A stretch of DNA of 55,654 nt. It comes from Candidatus Hydrothermarchaeales archaeon. Lineage in GTDB: Archaea; Hydrothermarchaeota; Hydrothermarchaeia; Hydrothermarchaeales; SZUA-236. Of this stretch, positions 1 to 9,195 are shown piece after piece. Each line of letters starts with the position of its first letter. Position 1 is the stretch's first letter. The notes beneath the pieces were generated by a model, which made no database searches, was not told the DNA's origin, and saw nothing but the letters and a program-made list of their open reading frames with translations. A program made the position numbers and the translations under genes. The stretch spans positions 1 to 55,654 of the forward strand of contig JBHIFP010000001.1 of the NCBI GenBank assembly GCA_046761145.1, read 5' to 3'.

Positions 1-88
1 TAAGTTGACGGTCCGAGGAGAGAAAAACTTATAATAAAGAAAGACAAAGTTCAAGAAAAAGATTCGAGAAGAGGGTAGGATTGTAAAT

Positions 89-886
89 ATGGCGAGAGAG
101 AAGACACCTGAAAAAGTTAAGGAATCCAAAATTCCTGCCGAAGATGAGTGGATAAAAATAGGGATACCTGGCCTCGACAGTCTGCTCGAAAAGGGAATCC
201 CAAAAGGAACAGCCAATCTGATCGCTGGCGGACCCGGTAGCGGAAAAACCATCCTTTGCCTTCAAACCTTGAATTATGGAGCCACTCAAGGAGAGAAGTG
301 TCTATACATGACCTTCGAAGAATCCCCAGAAAGATTGAGAAAGCACATGCACGATTTTGGGTGGAATCCCGAAGAGCTCGAGGAGAAAGGTCTGTTGGTC
401 ATCAGGCAATACGATCCATTTGAGATCACTAGGGTAGTCGAGGCATTGTTGGAAAAGGCAAAAAGGGAATTGTTGATAGAGGCCACGCCCATGGTACTCC
501 CCGAAGGGTTCAAACCAGATAGGATCGCCGTGGATTCCTTATCCGCCATCGCTGCACCTTTCGTTGGGAGGGAAGAAAGCTACAGGATATATGTGGAGCA
601 CTTATTCAAATATTTCGAAAGTTTGGGCGCGACATCCTTTTTTATATCAGAAACAGAACCAGATCGTCCACGTAGATTGACTAGGAGCGGTATCGAGGAG
701 TTTCTGGCAGACGGCGTGATATTGATGTACAATGTAAGAAAAGGAGGTATAAGGGAAAGCGCAGTAGAGATACTGAAGATGAGGGGGGCAAAATTCCAAA
801 AGAAGGTGGTTTTTATGGAGATCAATAGTGGGGAAGGGATCGTGGTATATCCTACACAGAGGGTCTTCGAGGAGATCGGACAATAG
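89..886 (+). CDS. KaiC-like RecA-superfamily ATPase (single domain)
   Basis: 265-aa ORF. Canonical Walker A GGPGSGKT, acidic pair TFEES after strand 2, Walker-B-like RIAVDSLS. KaiC/RadA-like layout. Confidence 0.8.
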   Translation: MAREKTPEKVKESKIPAEDEWIKIGIPGLDSLLEKGIPKGTANLIAGGPGSGKTILCLQTLNYGATQGEKCLYMTFEESPERLRKHMHDFGWNPEELEEKGLLVIRQYDPFEITRVVEALLEKAKRELLIEATPMVLPEGFKPDRIAVDSLSAIAAPFVGREESYRIYVEHLFKYFESLGATSFFISETEPDRPRRLTRSGIEEFLADGVILMYNVRKGGIRESAVEILKMRGAKFQKKVVFMEINSGEGIVVYPTQRVFEEIGQ

Positions 887-957
887 CACTGTTGATATCT
901 TGCTCCTTATATATCAAATCCCCCCAAGTCAAATCATAGATTCAGGAATCGTACTGA

Positions 958-1107
958 TGCAAGGAGTGCGAGGGGAGTTCACCCCAAGACGGTTTTCATG
1001 GGCTGAGATTTAAGCCGGAGGTAACAGAAGAGGCCATCGACCTACAAGTCGGGGTATCCCCCGTTTCCATTTTGAAATGGATAGGAGAGTATGCAGAGTG
1101 CCCATAG
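958..1107 (+). pseudogene. Possible remnant of an HTH (transposase- or regulator-like) gene, no start codon
   Basis: Open frame CKECEGSSPQDGFHGLRFKPEVTEEAIDLQVGVSPVSILKWIGEYAECP, bounded by stops. Contains an HTH-like GVSPVSILKWI segment. No ATG, GTG or TTG start. Confidence 0.2.
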
Positions 1108-1192
1108 GATCGACCGAAGACATGAAACCATGACGGGCTATAAACGGGTTTTTGGAAGAATGAACGTCCTCATGAGGGCTTAGAAAGATTCT

Positions 1193-1849
1193 CTAGGTCT
1201 TCAAGACGAATCCCTTTTCGGTCAACTCAAAGGCGATCCACTCTGCCTTGTAATCGATCCCTTTCAAGTGGTGCGCCCTCATCCGCCTCTTCAGGCCCCC
1301 CTCATCCAAGAACTCCATCTCCAAAAAACCATCTGTGATATATATGAGAGTGTTGACGATGGCTGGGTCGTGGACATCTTCCTGTAGTGTGCAGAGGATG
1401 AAGCCATAATCCATCTTCGCCCTGGTGTTCAACCCCTGGTAGAACTTTGTCATGACATTGGGGGGGTTGTACAGGAATAGGGGGGATAATGATTCGAAGA
1501 CGATGCGCACGGGCTTCTTCAGGGTGTTGACCGCCTTCTCTAGAGTCACGTTTATCTCACTCAGGTTTGCCGGGCTACTTATGTTCAGGCCCTTCTCGTA
1601 TCGAGCGCCGACCGACCAGGAATAGCAGTCGATGAAGAGGAGGGTCTCGTTCTCGTACTGGGCCAGATCGCACCCATAACCCATGGCCCTGTTTTTTATT
1701 TCCTCAGGGCTATGCTCGGTGGTTATGTATATCACCTTCTCCCCCTTCTGGAGATAGTAGCAAATCAAATCCAAGCAGTACTCGAACTTTCCCACTCCAG
1801 GGGGCCCATGGAGCAGGACGGTGTATTTCTGGGGGAATAACTCTTTCAT
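1193..1849 (-). CDS. KaiC-like ATPase paralog with atypical P-loop
   Basis: Start taken at MKELF (ATGA overlap with the stop of the upstream receiver gene at 1846-1849). Walker A is GPPGVGKF (Phe where Thr/Ser is expected), acidic pair reduced to TTEHS, Walker B IVFESLS. Confidence 0.75.
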   Translation of the reverse strand: MKELFPQKYTVLLHGPPGVGKFEYCLDLICYYLQKGEKVIYITTEHSPEEIKNRAMGYGCDLAQYENETLLFIDCYSWSVGARYEKGLNISSPANLSEINVTLEKAVNTLKKPVRIVFESLSPLFLYNPPNVMTKFYQGLNTRAKMDYGFILCTLQEDVHDPAIVNTLIYITDGFLEMEFLDEGGLKRRMRAHHLKGIDYKAEWIAFELTEKGFVLKT

Positions 1850-2241
1850 CCTCCCACCTCTGCTTCTTTGGGGAAGTTCTTCAAGACCCATTCTACGGTA
1901 CTCAAAAACTTCTCCCTAATTATGGGCTTTGTTATGTGGGCGTCGGCGCCGGATTCTTGAAAACTCTTCGATTTGTCCTGATCGGAACCCCTGACGGTGA
2001 ACATCACCACCGGAATGGTCTTCAGTTCATCATCATCTTTGATCTTCCTGCAGACCTCCCAGCCATCGATGCCGGGCATCATTATATCGAGGAGGATGAG
2101 ATCCGGCCTCTCCACTTTGAGCTTCTCCAGGGCCTCCTCACCGCTATCCGCTTCAGTGACCTCGTATCCCTCTTTCGTCAAGATCTTCCTGACCATGAAC
2201 CTCATACCGGGGTCATCGTCGACAATCATCAACTCTACCAT
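1846..2241 (-). CDS. Stand-alone response regulator receiver (CheY-like)
   Basis: 131 aa. MIVDDD acidic pocket, LILLDIMMPGIDG phospho-acceptor Asp, conserved T and K (ITKP). Confidence 0.9.
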   Translation of the reverse strand: MVELMIVDDDPGMRFMVRKILTKEGYEVTEADSGEEALEKLKVERPDLILLDIMMPGIDGWEVCRKIKDDDELKTIPVVMFTVRGSDQDKSKSFQESGADAHITKPIIREKFLSTVEWVLKNFPKEAEVGG

Positions 2242-2527
2242 TGTCTATTCCGTCCTCCTTTTCTCGAGCAAATCTCAAATGATAGTCTCCAAATTTTTGA
2301 TCATAGCTCGTTTCTCTTTCTTAAGTCAAGTATCAATTAATGTACATTCACATATAAAATAATTATGCCCAAGCAAATATGGCCAAATCACGAGATCTTG
2401 CCCTTGGTTAACATCTTTTAAAGAACAAGACACGAAAGGGGCACTCAGCTGGAGACTAGAGCGGATTATGCATTTATGTCAATAATCTGGGATTTCCAAA
2501 TCCAACAATATTCGAAACTCTGAATAT

Positions 2528-3619
2528 TCATCGCACCGCTTTGGGTAGAGTAAAGTAGAATATACTGCCCCCTTCCGGGTTATCCTCGACCCATATCTCG
2601 CCCTTGTGGAGTTCGACTATCCTCTTCGCTATCGCAAGGCCCAGACCCACTCCTTTCACCCCGCCCTTATCCACCCTTTCAAAGCGATGGAAGATATTCT
2701 TTTTATATTCATCTGGTATTCCCCCTCCAAAGTCCTTGACCATCGTCCTCCAGTTTTCGCCACCATCGTCGATACCGACGACCACCCTGCTATGTGAGGG
2801 GCTGTACTTTATCGCATTGGAGAGAAGATTTGCGAATACATCTTCGATGAGGGGATTGAGAGAGGCGAGAAATTCCCCCTCGACGTTATTTTCGATCTCT
2901 ATCCCCTTTGCTTCTGCGTAACTCTGCAATCTATCGATGGCCTCCGCGATTATTCCGGATAAATCTCCCCTCTCCAGATCGAATTCGTCGATGCTCTCTA
3001 ACCTCGCATATTTGGTAGCGTCGTGGACCATCCTCTGCATCTCCATCGCATTTCTCCTTATCATCTGTAATCCCCCTTCCACCTCCTCAGGAGAATCGGA
3101 GTCTATCATCAGCTCCGCCAGATTCTGGATAATGCAGAGAGGCGTTAAAAGGTCGTGCCTCAATATGTCTGTGAAGAGCTCTTTTAGTTTGTTGGAGTGC
3201 TCGAGTTGTTTAATGTGATCCTTCAATTCTCCTTCCAAATCTTTCCTTTCCGTGATATCGTAGAGGAGAGTTAGCACCTTCACCACATCGCCGTCTTGAT
3301 CTTTGATCGGTATCAGTCGAGTATCGGTGTATACCTCCTTGTTACGATACTCTCTCCTCTCTATGGTGGAGGAGGGCTTCCCCGTTTCGAAGGCCTTCTC
3401 GTATTCTTCATCCCTCACGACATCTCTCAGCCAAGGGGATCCATCAAAGAGGGTCTTGCCCGCTATATCCTCCCTCTTTACCCCTCCGCTAAATTCCTCC
3501 ATCGCCTTGTTCCACTCCACTACCCTAAAATCTCTGTCGATGACGTGAAGGGGTATGTCGATATCATCTATAATGCTACCAACACCTTTCAGATGCTCGA
3601 TTTCCTCTCCCGTATCCAT
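2528..3619 (-). CDS. Cytoplasmic PAS-domain sensor histidine kinase
   Basis: 363 aa. N-terminal PAS-like domain, H-box LRHDLLTPL, N box NLLSNAIKYS, G boxes DFGGGIP and GVGLGLAI. Confidence 0.9.
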   Translation of the reverse strand: MDTGEEIEHLKGVGSIIDDIDIPLHVIDRDFRVVEWNKAMEEFSGGVKREDIAGKTLFDGSPWLRDVVRDEEYEKAFETGKPSSTIERREYRNKEVYTDTRLIPIKDQDGDVVKVLTLLYDITERKDLEGELKDHIKQLEHSNKLKELFTDILRHDLLTPLCIIQNLAELMIDSDSPEEVEGGLQMIRRNAMEMQRMVHDATKYARLESIDEFDLERGDLSGIIAEAIDRLQSYAEAKGIEIENNVEGEFLASLNPLIEDVFANLLSNAIKYSPSHSRVVVGIDDGGENWRTMVKDFGGGIPDEYKKNIFHRFERVDKGGVKGVGLGLAIAKRIVELHKGEIWVEDNPEGGSIFYFTLPKAVR

Positions 3620-3750
3620 CCCACTTGCCTCGTTTAGTTGGAACCTTGATTCCCTTTATCTCCACAATATATTTTGTGCTTTTGTCTATAAAAATATTCG
3701 CTTAGAAGTCCTATACCGCTTCAGAGAAACGGGTCTACCTATTTGTGAAG

Positions 3751-3825
3751 TCCCGCCTCCCGGATTTGAACCGGGGACAAGCCGGTCTACAGCCGGCCAC
3801 TCTAACCAGACTGAGTTAAGGCGGG
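3751..3825 (-). tRNA. tRNA-Tyr (GUA)
   Basis: 75-nt cloverleaf folded by hand. Acceptor CCCGCCT/AGGCGGG with the archaeal C1:G72 pair, anticodon loop CTGTAGA, T loop TTCAAAT, discriminator A. No encoded CCA. Confidence 0.9.
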
Positions 3826-3846
3826 TAGACAGGATTCTCACTCAAA

Positions 3847-3854
3847 AAATATAA
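3847..3854 (-). promoter_or_regulatory. TATA box candidate for tRNA-Tyr
   Basis: TTATATTT on the minus strand, centred about 25 nt upstream of the tRNA 5' end and preceded by an A-rich BRE-like stretch. Confidence 0.4.
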
Positions 3855-3896
3855 CTTTTGCGGTCGATCGTCGGTCTAGGTAGGCAGTCCTTGAGA

Positions 3897-4505
3897 TTAC
3901 CTAAACCTCCTCTTGGGTTTGGGCTCCTCCTTCTCGGCTGGAGGGGAAGTAAACAATTTGTACTTGCCCTTTCCCAGAGTTTTGCCGCCTTCGAGTTCCA
4001 AGATGATCCTCTTGACTATCACTTTCTTCGGATTGGGGAGTGCCTTTATCCTCTTGGCGATATCGGCGAAGCTCTCGAAGGGCTTCTTTTTCCTCTCGTT
4101 CAGGATTTCCCACATCAGTTTGTTGCCTATGCCGGGCAGAAGCTCTATCTGGTGTAGCCTCGTGCTTATGGGTTGGGACTCGTTGAAGAAGTCGACGAAC
4201 CTCTTTTCGCTCCCCTCTACGATCTTTTCGACCACATAGGGTAGCTCCGACTTGGCCGCAGCCGTAAGATGATCGTAATCCACTCTCCTCTTTACGTAAT
4301 CGATCTTGTCCCTCTCTTCCTTCCCGATGTACACCCTCTCATAGGGTTCGAGTTCTACTCCTTTTTTCGGAATGAGCTCCAAAAGCGAGAGATACTTCTC
4401 GCCGACTGCATAGACCAGTGGCTCCCTTTTGTAGATGGGCCTCTCATCCTCTGGATGTCCTGTCCGCAAATAATCCAAAATTAAAGCATATTCTTCCATC
4501 CCCAT
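3897..4505 (-). CDS. DUF655 (COG1491) nucleic-acid-binding protein
   Basis: 202 aa. Matches the conserved archaeal family (EEYALILDYL..., LHQIELLPGIGNKLMWEIL HhH). Lies in the conserved L21e-Rpo4-DUF655 gene order. Confidence 0.85.
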   Translation of the reverse strand: MGMEEYALILDYLRTGHPEDERPIYKREPLVYAVGEKYLSLLELIPKKGVELEPYERVYIGKEERDKIDYVKRRVDYDHLTAAAKSELPYVVEKIVEGSEKRFVDFFNESQPISTRLHQIELLPGIGNKLMWEILNERKKKPFESFADIAKRIKALPNPKKVIVKRIILELEGGKTLGKGKYKLFTSPPAEKEEPKPKRRFR

Positions 4506-4519
4506 TCAAGATCACCGCC

Positions 4520-4861
4520 CTATGCGTACTTGGAAACGATCCCCAATATCCCTTTTATCTCGTCCTTGGGCAACGCAAATCTCTCTTTTGCAAATATGGC
4601 CTTGATATCGCCCTCGTCTTGGGGAAGTAAGTCGGCCAGTTTGACTGCATGCCTAATCTTGATCTTGTCGTTGCTCTCGATCAACTCTTCGACCAACTTT
4701 TTCGCGGATTTTAGGTCGAGCTTTCTGAACTTTCCAACGTGCTCCAATGTGAGCCTCTGTTCGTAGATCAATTCACCTTTCTCCTTCTCCCTCTTTGCGA
4801 GAATCTCCTTCACCTCAGCTTCGGTGATCGGTGTCTCTTCGACCAGTCTCTTGCCTATCAT
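4520..4861 (-). CDS. rpoF: DNA-directed RNA polymerase subunit Rpo4 (RpoF)
   Basis: 113 aa, Rpb4-like. ATGA overlap with the L21e stop; conserved synteny. Confidence 0.85.
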   Translation of the reverse strand: MIGKRLVEETPITEAEVKEILAKREKEKGELIYEQRLTLEHVGKFRKLDLKSAKKLVEELIESNDKIKIRHAVKLADLLPQDEGDIKAIFAKERFALPKDEIKGILGIVSKYA

Positions 4862-5157
4862 CCTTCTAACCTCTGTCGTTTAAGGTGCACCGGGTGTGAA
4901 ATGAGGATCTTTTTGGCATTTTTGTCATGTATCTCGACCAAGTAAGAACGGCCCCTCTTCTCAACTACGCTACCCGTCTTTCCGTGGAACTTTGGGTGGG
5001 GTTGCCCCTTCTGCACGCCTGGATCGATCACGATATGTACCTTATCTCCTCTCTCAAATCCCTGGACGACCTTCGTTACGGGGAGCGCACCCCTCTTTCT
5101 AGCCCCCTTTTTGAGCTTCTTTCTCGTCCTACTTCTAGATCCTCTTGACCTTTCCAT
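4858..5157 (-). CDS. rpl21e: 50S ribosomal protein L21e
   Basis: SRGSRSRTRKKL..., KFHGKTG motif. Start chosen at the ATG preceded by GGTGA; the ORF track extends to 5166. Confidence 0.9.
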   Translation of the reverse strand: MERSRGSRSRTRKKLKKGARKRGALPVTKVVQGFERGDKVHIVIDPGVQKGQPHPKFHGKTGSVVEKRGRSYLVEIHDKNAKKILISHPVHLKRQRLEG

Positions 5158-5270
5158 GAAATTCACCTTGAATGGATATATGCCTAGCCAAAACTAAACA
5201 GAGCACCTGCAAATTTTACCATATTCCGCAATTTCTGAAATGATATTGAGGCTCGAGCTTATAATCTTTT

Positions 5271-6587
5271 CTATCTCATCTGCCTCATCATCTTTGCAAA
5301 AACTCCTCGACCAAATCTACCTTTCCTGAGCCCTTTCAGGGCTTTCTTCATCGTCTTGTAGTAATTCATCAGTTCCTTTACTTCCTCTTGCTTGCTGCCG
5401 GATCCCTTTGCGACCCGGTGGAGACGGGAAGAGTCGAGGATCTTCGGGTTTTTCATCTCCTTCTCGGTCATAGAATCCATGATGGCGAGAAACCTCTTCA
5501 TCTTCTGCTCGGTCATCTGGGACATCTCTTGGGGCATCGCTGCTCCTAGCCCCGGGATCATCTTAGTTATTGTGCTGATAGGCCCCATCTTCGTAATCGC
5601 CTCGATCTGTGAATATAGATCTTCTAACGTGAATTCCCCCCTCAGCACATCCATCGCTTTCTTCTCGTCGATCGTCTCTTTGGCCCTCTCCATCAAGCTC
5701 GCCAAATCCCCCATTCCCAGAAGGCGGGATACGAACCTATCCGAATCAAAGGCATCTATCTCGTCGATGCCCTCCCCCGTCCCGATGAAGACTATAGGAG
5801 ACGAAGTCTCTGCCACAGCCGACAATGCGCCGCCGCCCTTTGCAGAACCATCCAACTTGGTCAATATTACCCCCGTCAATCCGATGGCTTCGTCGAAAGC
5901 CTTGGCTTGGGCACCTGCTTCTTGACCGAGACTTGAATCTATCACCAAGAAAGTCTCTTCTGGCCGGAAGATTTTCGATATGTTTTTCATCTCTTCGAAT
6001 AACTCCATTTCCGACTTATGCCTCCCAGCGGTGTCGAGTATGATGACGTCGCTCTTCTTCGTTTCTACCAAACCATTTCGAACGATCTTTAGAGGGTCCT
6101 TATCCTTTGGATCGCCATAAACTTTTATGTTCATGGGTTCTGCCAACTGCCGCATCTGTTCATACGCTGCGGGTCTATGAGTATCGGCCGCTATCAAAAA
6201 GGGTTTTAGCCCCCTTTTGGCGTAAAATTTTGCCAACTTAACTCCGGTCGTCGTCTTCCCGCAGCCTTGGATACCTACCAACATAATCCTTGCCTTGGAG
6301 GGGATGCGTAGCTCGTGCTTCTTGCCGAGCATATTCACGAGTTCTTCGTAGACTATGGTAACGACGTGCTCCTTCTTCGACAACCCCGCCTTGGGCTTCT
6401 CCTTCAATGCCCGGTTCTCGATCTTCTTGGAGAGCTCCATCACCAACCTGACGTTGACATCGGCTGATAGCAAAGCCCTCTGTATGTCCCTCACCACATC
6501 TTTTACCAGCCTCTCATCTACCAGAGAAGCGAGGGTGATCTTTTTTACGACCTTTGTCAGGGATTCCCCGAGCCTTTCCAATACCAT
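5271..6587 (-). CDS. srp54: Signal recognition particle protein SRP54
   Basis: 438 aa. N and G domains (GIQGCGKTTT, DTAGR, TKLDG) plus a Met-rich M domain. Confidence 0.95.
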   Translation of the reverse strand: MVLERLGESLTKVVKKITLASLVDERLVKDVVRDIQRALLSADVNVRLVMELSKKIENRALKEKPKAGLSKKEHVVTIVYEELVNMLGKKHELRIPSKARIMLVGIQGCGKTTTGVKLAKFYAKRGLKPFLIAADTHRPAAYEQMRQLAEPMNIKVYGDPKDKDPLKIVRNGLVETKKSDVIILDTAGRHKSEMELFEEMKNISKIFRPEETFLVIDSSLGQEAGAQAKAFDEAIGLTGVILTKLDGSAKGGGALSAVAETSSPIVFIGTGEGIDEIDAFDSDRFVSRLLGMGDLASLMERAKETIDEKKAMDVLRGEFTLEDLYSQIEAITKMGPISTITKMIPGLGAAMPQEMSQMTEQKMKRFLAIMDSMTEKEMKNPKILDSSRLHRVAKGSGSKQEEVKELMNYYKTMKKALKGLRKGRFGRGVFAKMMRQMR

Positions 6588-6679
6588 CTCGATTCCTCAT
6601 GTTATGTTGCAACATTAACAAAAGTACGAATAAAAAGAGACGCTCTAATAAAAATAAAAAAAAGAAGGGGAGAAAGGAA

Positions 6680-6970
6680 TTAGAGATCAATAGTATCCAT
6701 CGCTTTGCTCCACTTGTTGCCTTCCATCTTCATGACCCAAACTTTCTTCACCTTTGGGTTCCTCCTCGCAGCCGAGATGACATCTCCTCTAGAAGGCATA
6801 CTCTCGCTAGTACCGAGAGTTACAAATCTTTTGGCCTCTACATTCTTCTCCTCGCCCCTTATCACAACATTTCTTCCCAAATATTCCAGTCCTTTTATAT
6901 AGTACGTCATTTCATCCCTCCAAGTTTCATTTTTATAAACTTTGCTACAGCATATTCCCTTCTCATTCAT
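6680..6970 (-). CDS. Hypothetical protein
   Basis: 96-aa ORF with protein-like composition. No recognised motif. An alternative start at 6910 is possible. Confidence 0.4.
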   Translation of the reverse strand: MNEKGICCSKVYKNETWRDEMTYYIKGLEYLGRNVVIRGEEKNVEAKRFVTLGTSESMPSRGDVISAARRNPKVKKVWVMKMEGNKWSKAMDTIDL

Positions 6971-7071
6971 AAAGTTTTCGGAGCGATGAACGGAATAATG
7001 TATCTTGATGGAAATAAATTCGATGAAAAAATACCCTGGATTTAAAAAAATCGCCCAAAATCTAGAAGATT

Positions 7072-7437
7072 CTAGAAGATAGGGGTCAGCACGTCCGCGC
7101 CTTCATCGATGACTTTCAACATATTCTTAATATGTGCATCTATCGTGTATTCTGGCTCGAAATCATGCCCCGATACCAAAAGTTCATTTAAAGCCCTAGA
7201 GAAGCGCTCCATCTCAGCCTCCAGTTGGTCCCGTGACTTCTGTTTTGAGATGCGCTCTAGCTCCTCTACCGATGCAGAGTTGCCATAGCCAAATATCTCT
7301 TTTTTGAGCTTGTCTATGGCCTTTAATACCTCGGGGTTTGTGACCCTTCGATACTGGAAAGACCAATGATTTTTGAGCTTCACGAGCTCCCTGAAGGTCT
7401 CCTCTGATAGTTGGATCTGCCTCAACATCATCACCAC
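7072..7437 (-). CDS. Hypothetical protein with RHH-like N-terminus
   Basis: 121 aa. The N-terminal IQLSEETFRELVKLK resembles a ribbon-helix-helix strand and helix. The rest is helical and charged. Confidence 0.5.
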   Translation of the reverse strand: MVMMLRQIQLSEETFRELVKLKNHWSFQYRRVTNPEVLKAIDKLKKEIFGYGNSASVEELERISKQKSRDQLEAEMERFSRALNELLVSGHDFEPEYTIDAHIKNMLKVIDEGADVLTPIF

Positions 7438-7490
7438 TTATTTGCACCTAGATTTATTTTCTCTTACGCCTGTCAAGTTCTTTTGCCAAA

Positions 7491-8459
7491 TCAACTCTTC
7501 AATAACTCGTTTACAAACCACTCTGGGTCGAATTCGATGAGGTCGTCATAACCTTGCCCCGTCCCCAAAAAGAAGATCGGTTTCTCGATTATGTAGGAGA
7601 TGGATATCGCACTCCCCCCTTTTGCATCGGCATCGGCCTTCGTTAGGATGACACCGTCTATCGGAACTGAAGAGTCGAAGTTTCGGGCCTGATCGATGGC
7701 GGCATTTCCTGTCAGAGCATCCCCTATAAATAGCACCAAATCCGGGTTTGAGACCCTGACGATCTTCTTCATCTCATCCATCAAGTTTATGTTGGTCTCC
7801 ATCCTCCCAGCGGTGTCGATCAGAACCACGTCTTTTCCTCTGGCCTTTGCGTGCTTAATCGCATCGAAGGCGACGGCAGCGGGGTCTGCGCCTTTTTCGT
7901 GTTTGATCATCTTTATCCCCAACTTTTTCGCGTGTTTCTCGAGTTGATCGATGGCTCCTGCCCTGTAGGTATCGCTCGCAGCAAGAACGCTGCTAAATCC
8001 GTGCCTTTCTAGATAACGAACGATCTTTGCAATGGTTGTGGTTTTCCCAGTGCCATTAACCCCGACAAAGGCTATAATAAAGGGTCTGGAACCCTTCTCC
8101 TCAATTAGGTCGATTAGGTTTTTTTCGACCGGAATCAGGATTCCTTTTAAGGAAGTTTTCAGCGCTCCTTCAACCACTTTATCGAGATCTTCACCCCTTT
8201 TGAACTTCTTGCCATAAAGCTCCTGCTTCAAGTCCGCTACGATCTTTTCCGATGCTTCGAGGGCAACATCCCCTTTGAGCAACGCGAGTTCAAAATCCCG
8301 GAAGAGTTCATCCAGTTTCTTCTCGTCGAGGACTATCTCGCCCTTAAGGGCGGCTTTGACCTTCTCCTTGGCTGTGGGTTCGACTTTCTCGACTTCTAGG
8401 CCTCTGTCCCCCACCTGGCTCTTGATCTTGGAGAACTTGTCCCGAAGTAAAGAGAACAC
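7491..8459 (-). CDS. ftsY: SRP receptor FtsY
   Basis: 322 aa. GVNGTGKTTT, DTAGR, TKADA motifs. GTG start 2 nt after the pfdA stop. Confidence 0.95.
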   Translation of the reverse strand: MFSLLRDKFSKIKSQVGDRGLEVEKVEPTAKEKVKAALKGEIVLDEKKLDELFRDFELALLKGDVALEASEKIVADLKQELYGKKFKRGEDLDKVVEGALKTSLKGILIPVEKNLIDLIEEKGSRPFIIAFVGVNGTGKTTTIAKIVRYLERHGFSSVLAASDTYRAGAIDQLEKHAKKLGIKMIKHEKGADPAAVAFDAIKHAKARGKDVVLIDTAGRMETNINLMDEMKKIVRVSNPDLVLFIGDALTGNAAIDQARNFDSSVPIDGVILTKADADAKGGSAISISYIIEKPIFFLGTGQGYDDLIEFDPEWFVNELLKS

Positions 8460-8461
8460 GC

Positions 8462-8884
8462 CTAGCCCTCTTTTTGAATCTTGGAGATGATCTCTTGGAC
8501 ACGAGGAGTAAGCTCGTCGAACTTTTTCAAGGCGGTCTGGAGTTTTTCTTTGGTATCGTTCCTGATCTCCTCCAACCCCTTTATCCGTTTCTCTATGTCG
8601 GATTTTGCTTCGGCTATGCTTTTCTTGGTAGCCACGCCTGCGCCCAAACCTATGATGACATTCTGGGTATCTGTTACCTTGGCATTTATGAAGGAGTCCG
8701 CGCCCATCGGTACGAGAATCTCGCTTCCATCCTTCGTACTCCCTATGACCCCCAGCCCCTCGCTGACCTTCTGTAACTCGTTAATGGATATATCTATCAA
8801 CTCCAGATTCTGCTTTAATGCCTCGATCTGCGCCTTGAAAAGCTCGAACTCCTCGAGGGTCCTTAAGTCCTCTGCCATTGTCAT
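8462..8884 (-). CDS. pfdA: Prefoldin alpha subunit
   Basis: 140 aa. Coiled coil, beta hairpins, coiled coil layout. Conserved position between LX and ftsY. Confidence 0.9.
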   Translation of the reverse strand: MTMAEDLRTLEEFELFKAQIEALKQNLELIDISINELQKVSEGLGVIGSTKDGSEILVPMGADSFINAKVTDTQNVIIGLGAGVATKKSIAEAKSDIEKRIKGLEEIRNDTKEKLQTALKKFDELTPRVQEIISKIQKEG

Positions 8885-9114
8885 CTTACTCCTGACATCG
8901 CCCTGAGTGCGGGGTCTTCGGCTTCCTCGGGTTTTATCTCCTTCAATTCCTCGATCTTTATCTTACCCCTCTTCACTTTATGTTTGCTCCCCAAATCGGT
9001 ATAGATTTTCTCCATCACGCTCTCTTCCGAGATAGCACGAAACTCCTTGGTAAATGCCTGCATCTCCTCTCCCATCAAGAACTTCCCTTTTACTCGGTAT
9101 ATCTTTATTCCCAT
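8881..9114 (-). CDS. rplX: 50S ribosomal protein LX (eL20/L18Ae)
   Basis: IYRVKGKF... family signature. Start at the second ATG, 6 nt after GGAGGA; the ORF extends to 9120. ATGA overlap with pfdA. Confidence 0.85.
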   Translation of the reverse strand: MGIKIYRVKGKFLMGEEMQAFTKEFRAISEESVMEKIYTDLGSKHKVKRGKIKIEELKEIKPEEAEDPALRAMSGVR

Positions 9115-9195
9115 GACCATTCCTCCACAACTTCCAAGTCTTAATGGCGCCCTTTGTAGAATACAATATTACCGGTATTTAATATATAGGCCGGC

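Noticed and set aside
2492-2505. GGATTTCCAAATCC inverted repeat between the histidine kinase and receiver genes
   Set aside because: It is short (6-bp arms with a 2-nt spacer), so it cannot form a stable hairpin. It may be an operator, but a single occurrence is not enough to support a call.
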